64,000 bases of DNA from Phallusia mammillata (Eukaryota), in NCBI GenBank assembly GCA_965637545.1, contig OZ281500.1, forward strand, positions 12,400,001 through 12,464,000, in the 5' to 3' direction. Below are positions 63,711 through 64,000 of the stretch, in pieces. Position 1 is the first letter of the stretch. Each line of letters starts with the position of its first letter. The position numbers were made by a program, and so were the translations under genes. A model generated the notes under the pieces. That model was given only the letters and a program-made list of their open reading frames with translations, did not search any database and was not told the origin of the DNA.

Positions 63711-64000
63711 TTTTATGCAACGTTTATGAGAATTTTGTTCTCAGTATCAGTAAACACTCTTTAAACAATTTCAAACTTGCATTTTATATTTTTTTGGATT
63801 GTTAGTAAATACAGCAAATTTTACATATAATTTATCAGTGATCGTCGACAAAAAAGATGCCTACCACTTGCGGGATAGATCCTGTACCAAACACTAAATG
63901 TCTATTTAATCGGTAGTTTTATAATACGAAATGTGTACTTCCGCGTGGCGTATCAGTAAACAAAATGGACACAAAATAAAAAAAAATACAATAAAAAATA

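Noticed and set aside
1-64000. Most 60-130 aa ORFs in the supplied track; CRISPR arrays, rRNA genes and prokaryotic operons
   Set aside because: The ORFs are antisense or intronic run-throughs of the identified exons or chance ORFs. No regularly spaced repeat-spacer array or rRNA-like sequence was seen, and the DNA is eukaryotic.

Overview
AT-rich, intron-containing animal DNA. Compact genes with many 60-150 nt introns and chordate-type proteins suggest an ascidian tunicate; this is an inference, not an identification. Six spliced protein-coding genes can be rebuilt by eye: tyrosine hydroxylase (+, 3334-6382), 7-dehydrocholesterol reductase (+, 8740-15242), PPM1D/Wip1 (-, 16888-19809), RPL7 (+, 20763-24622, head-to-head with PPM1D), an EPB41L4A-like FERM protein (-, 26311-~34037) and a collagen VI/XXVIII-like protein with the layout vWA-triple helix-vWA-Kunitz-vWA (-, 42542-56102). 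Between and inside the genes are a 5'-truncated Penelope-like retroelement with a hammerhead ribozyme motif, at least seven hAT-type MITEs or derivatives, a 2-kb element with a 9-bp TSD (Mutator-like), a pogo remnant interrupted by a foldback element, and Helentron-associated (pearl/DINE-like) repeats. The most unusual items are: (1) a 360-bp insertion at 63351-63710 in which a fully paired tRNA-like cloverleaf with a non-standard GGA anticodon loop lies between perfect 51-bp inverted repeats, flanked by a 13-bp direct repeat; (2) a candidate 3-nt microexon in the collagen gene; (3) the collagen's domain order; (4) a TH that appears to stop before the tetramerisation helix; (5) direct TH-DHCR7 adjacency. 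All gene models and alignments were made by eye and exon limits need RNA-seq confirmation. About 56.3-63.3 kb remains unexplained.
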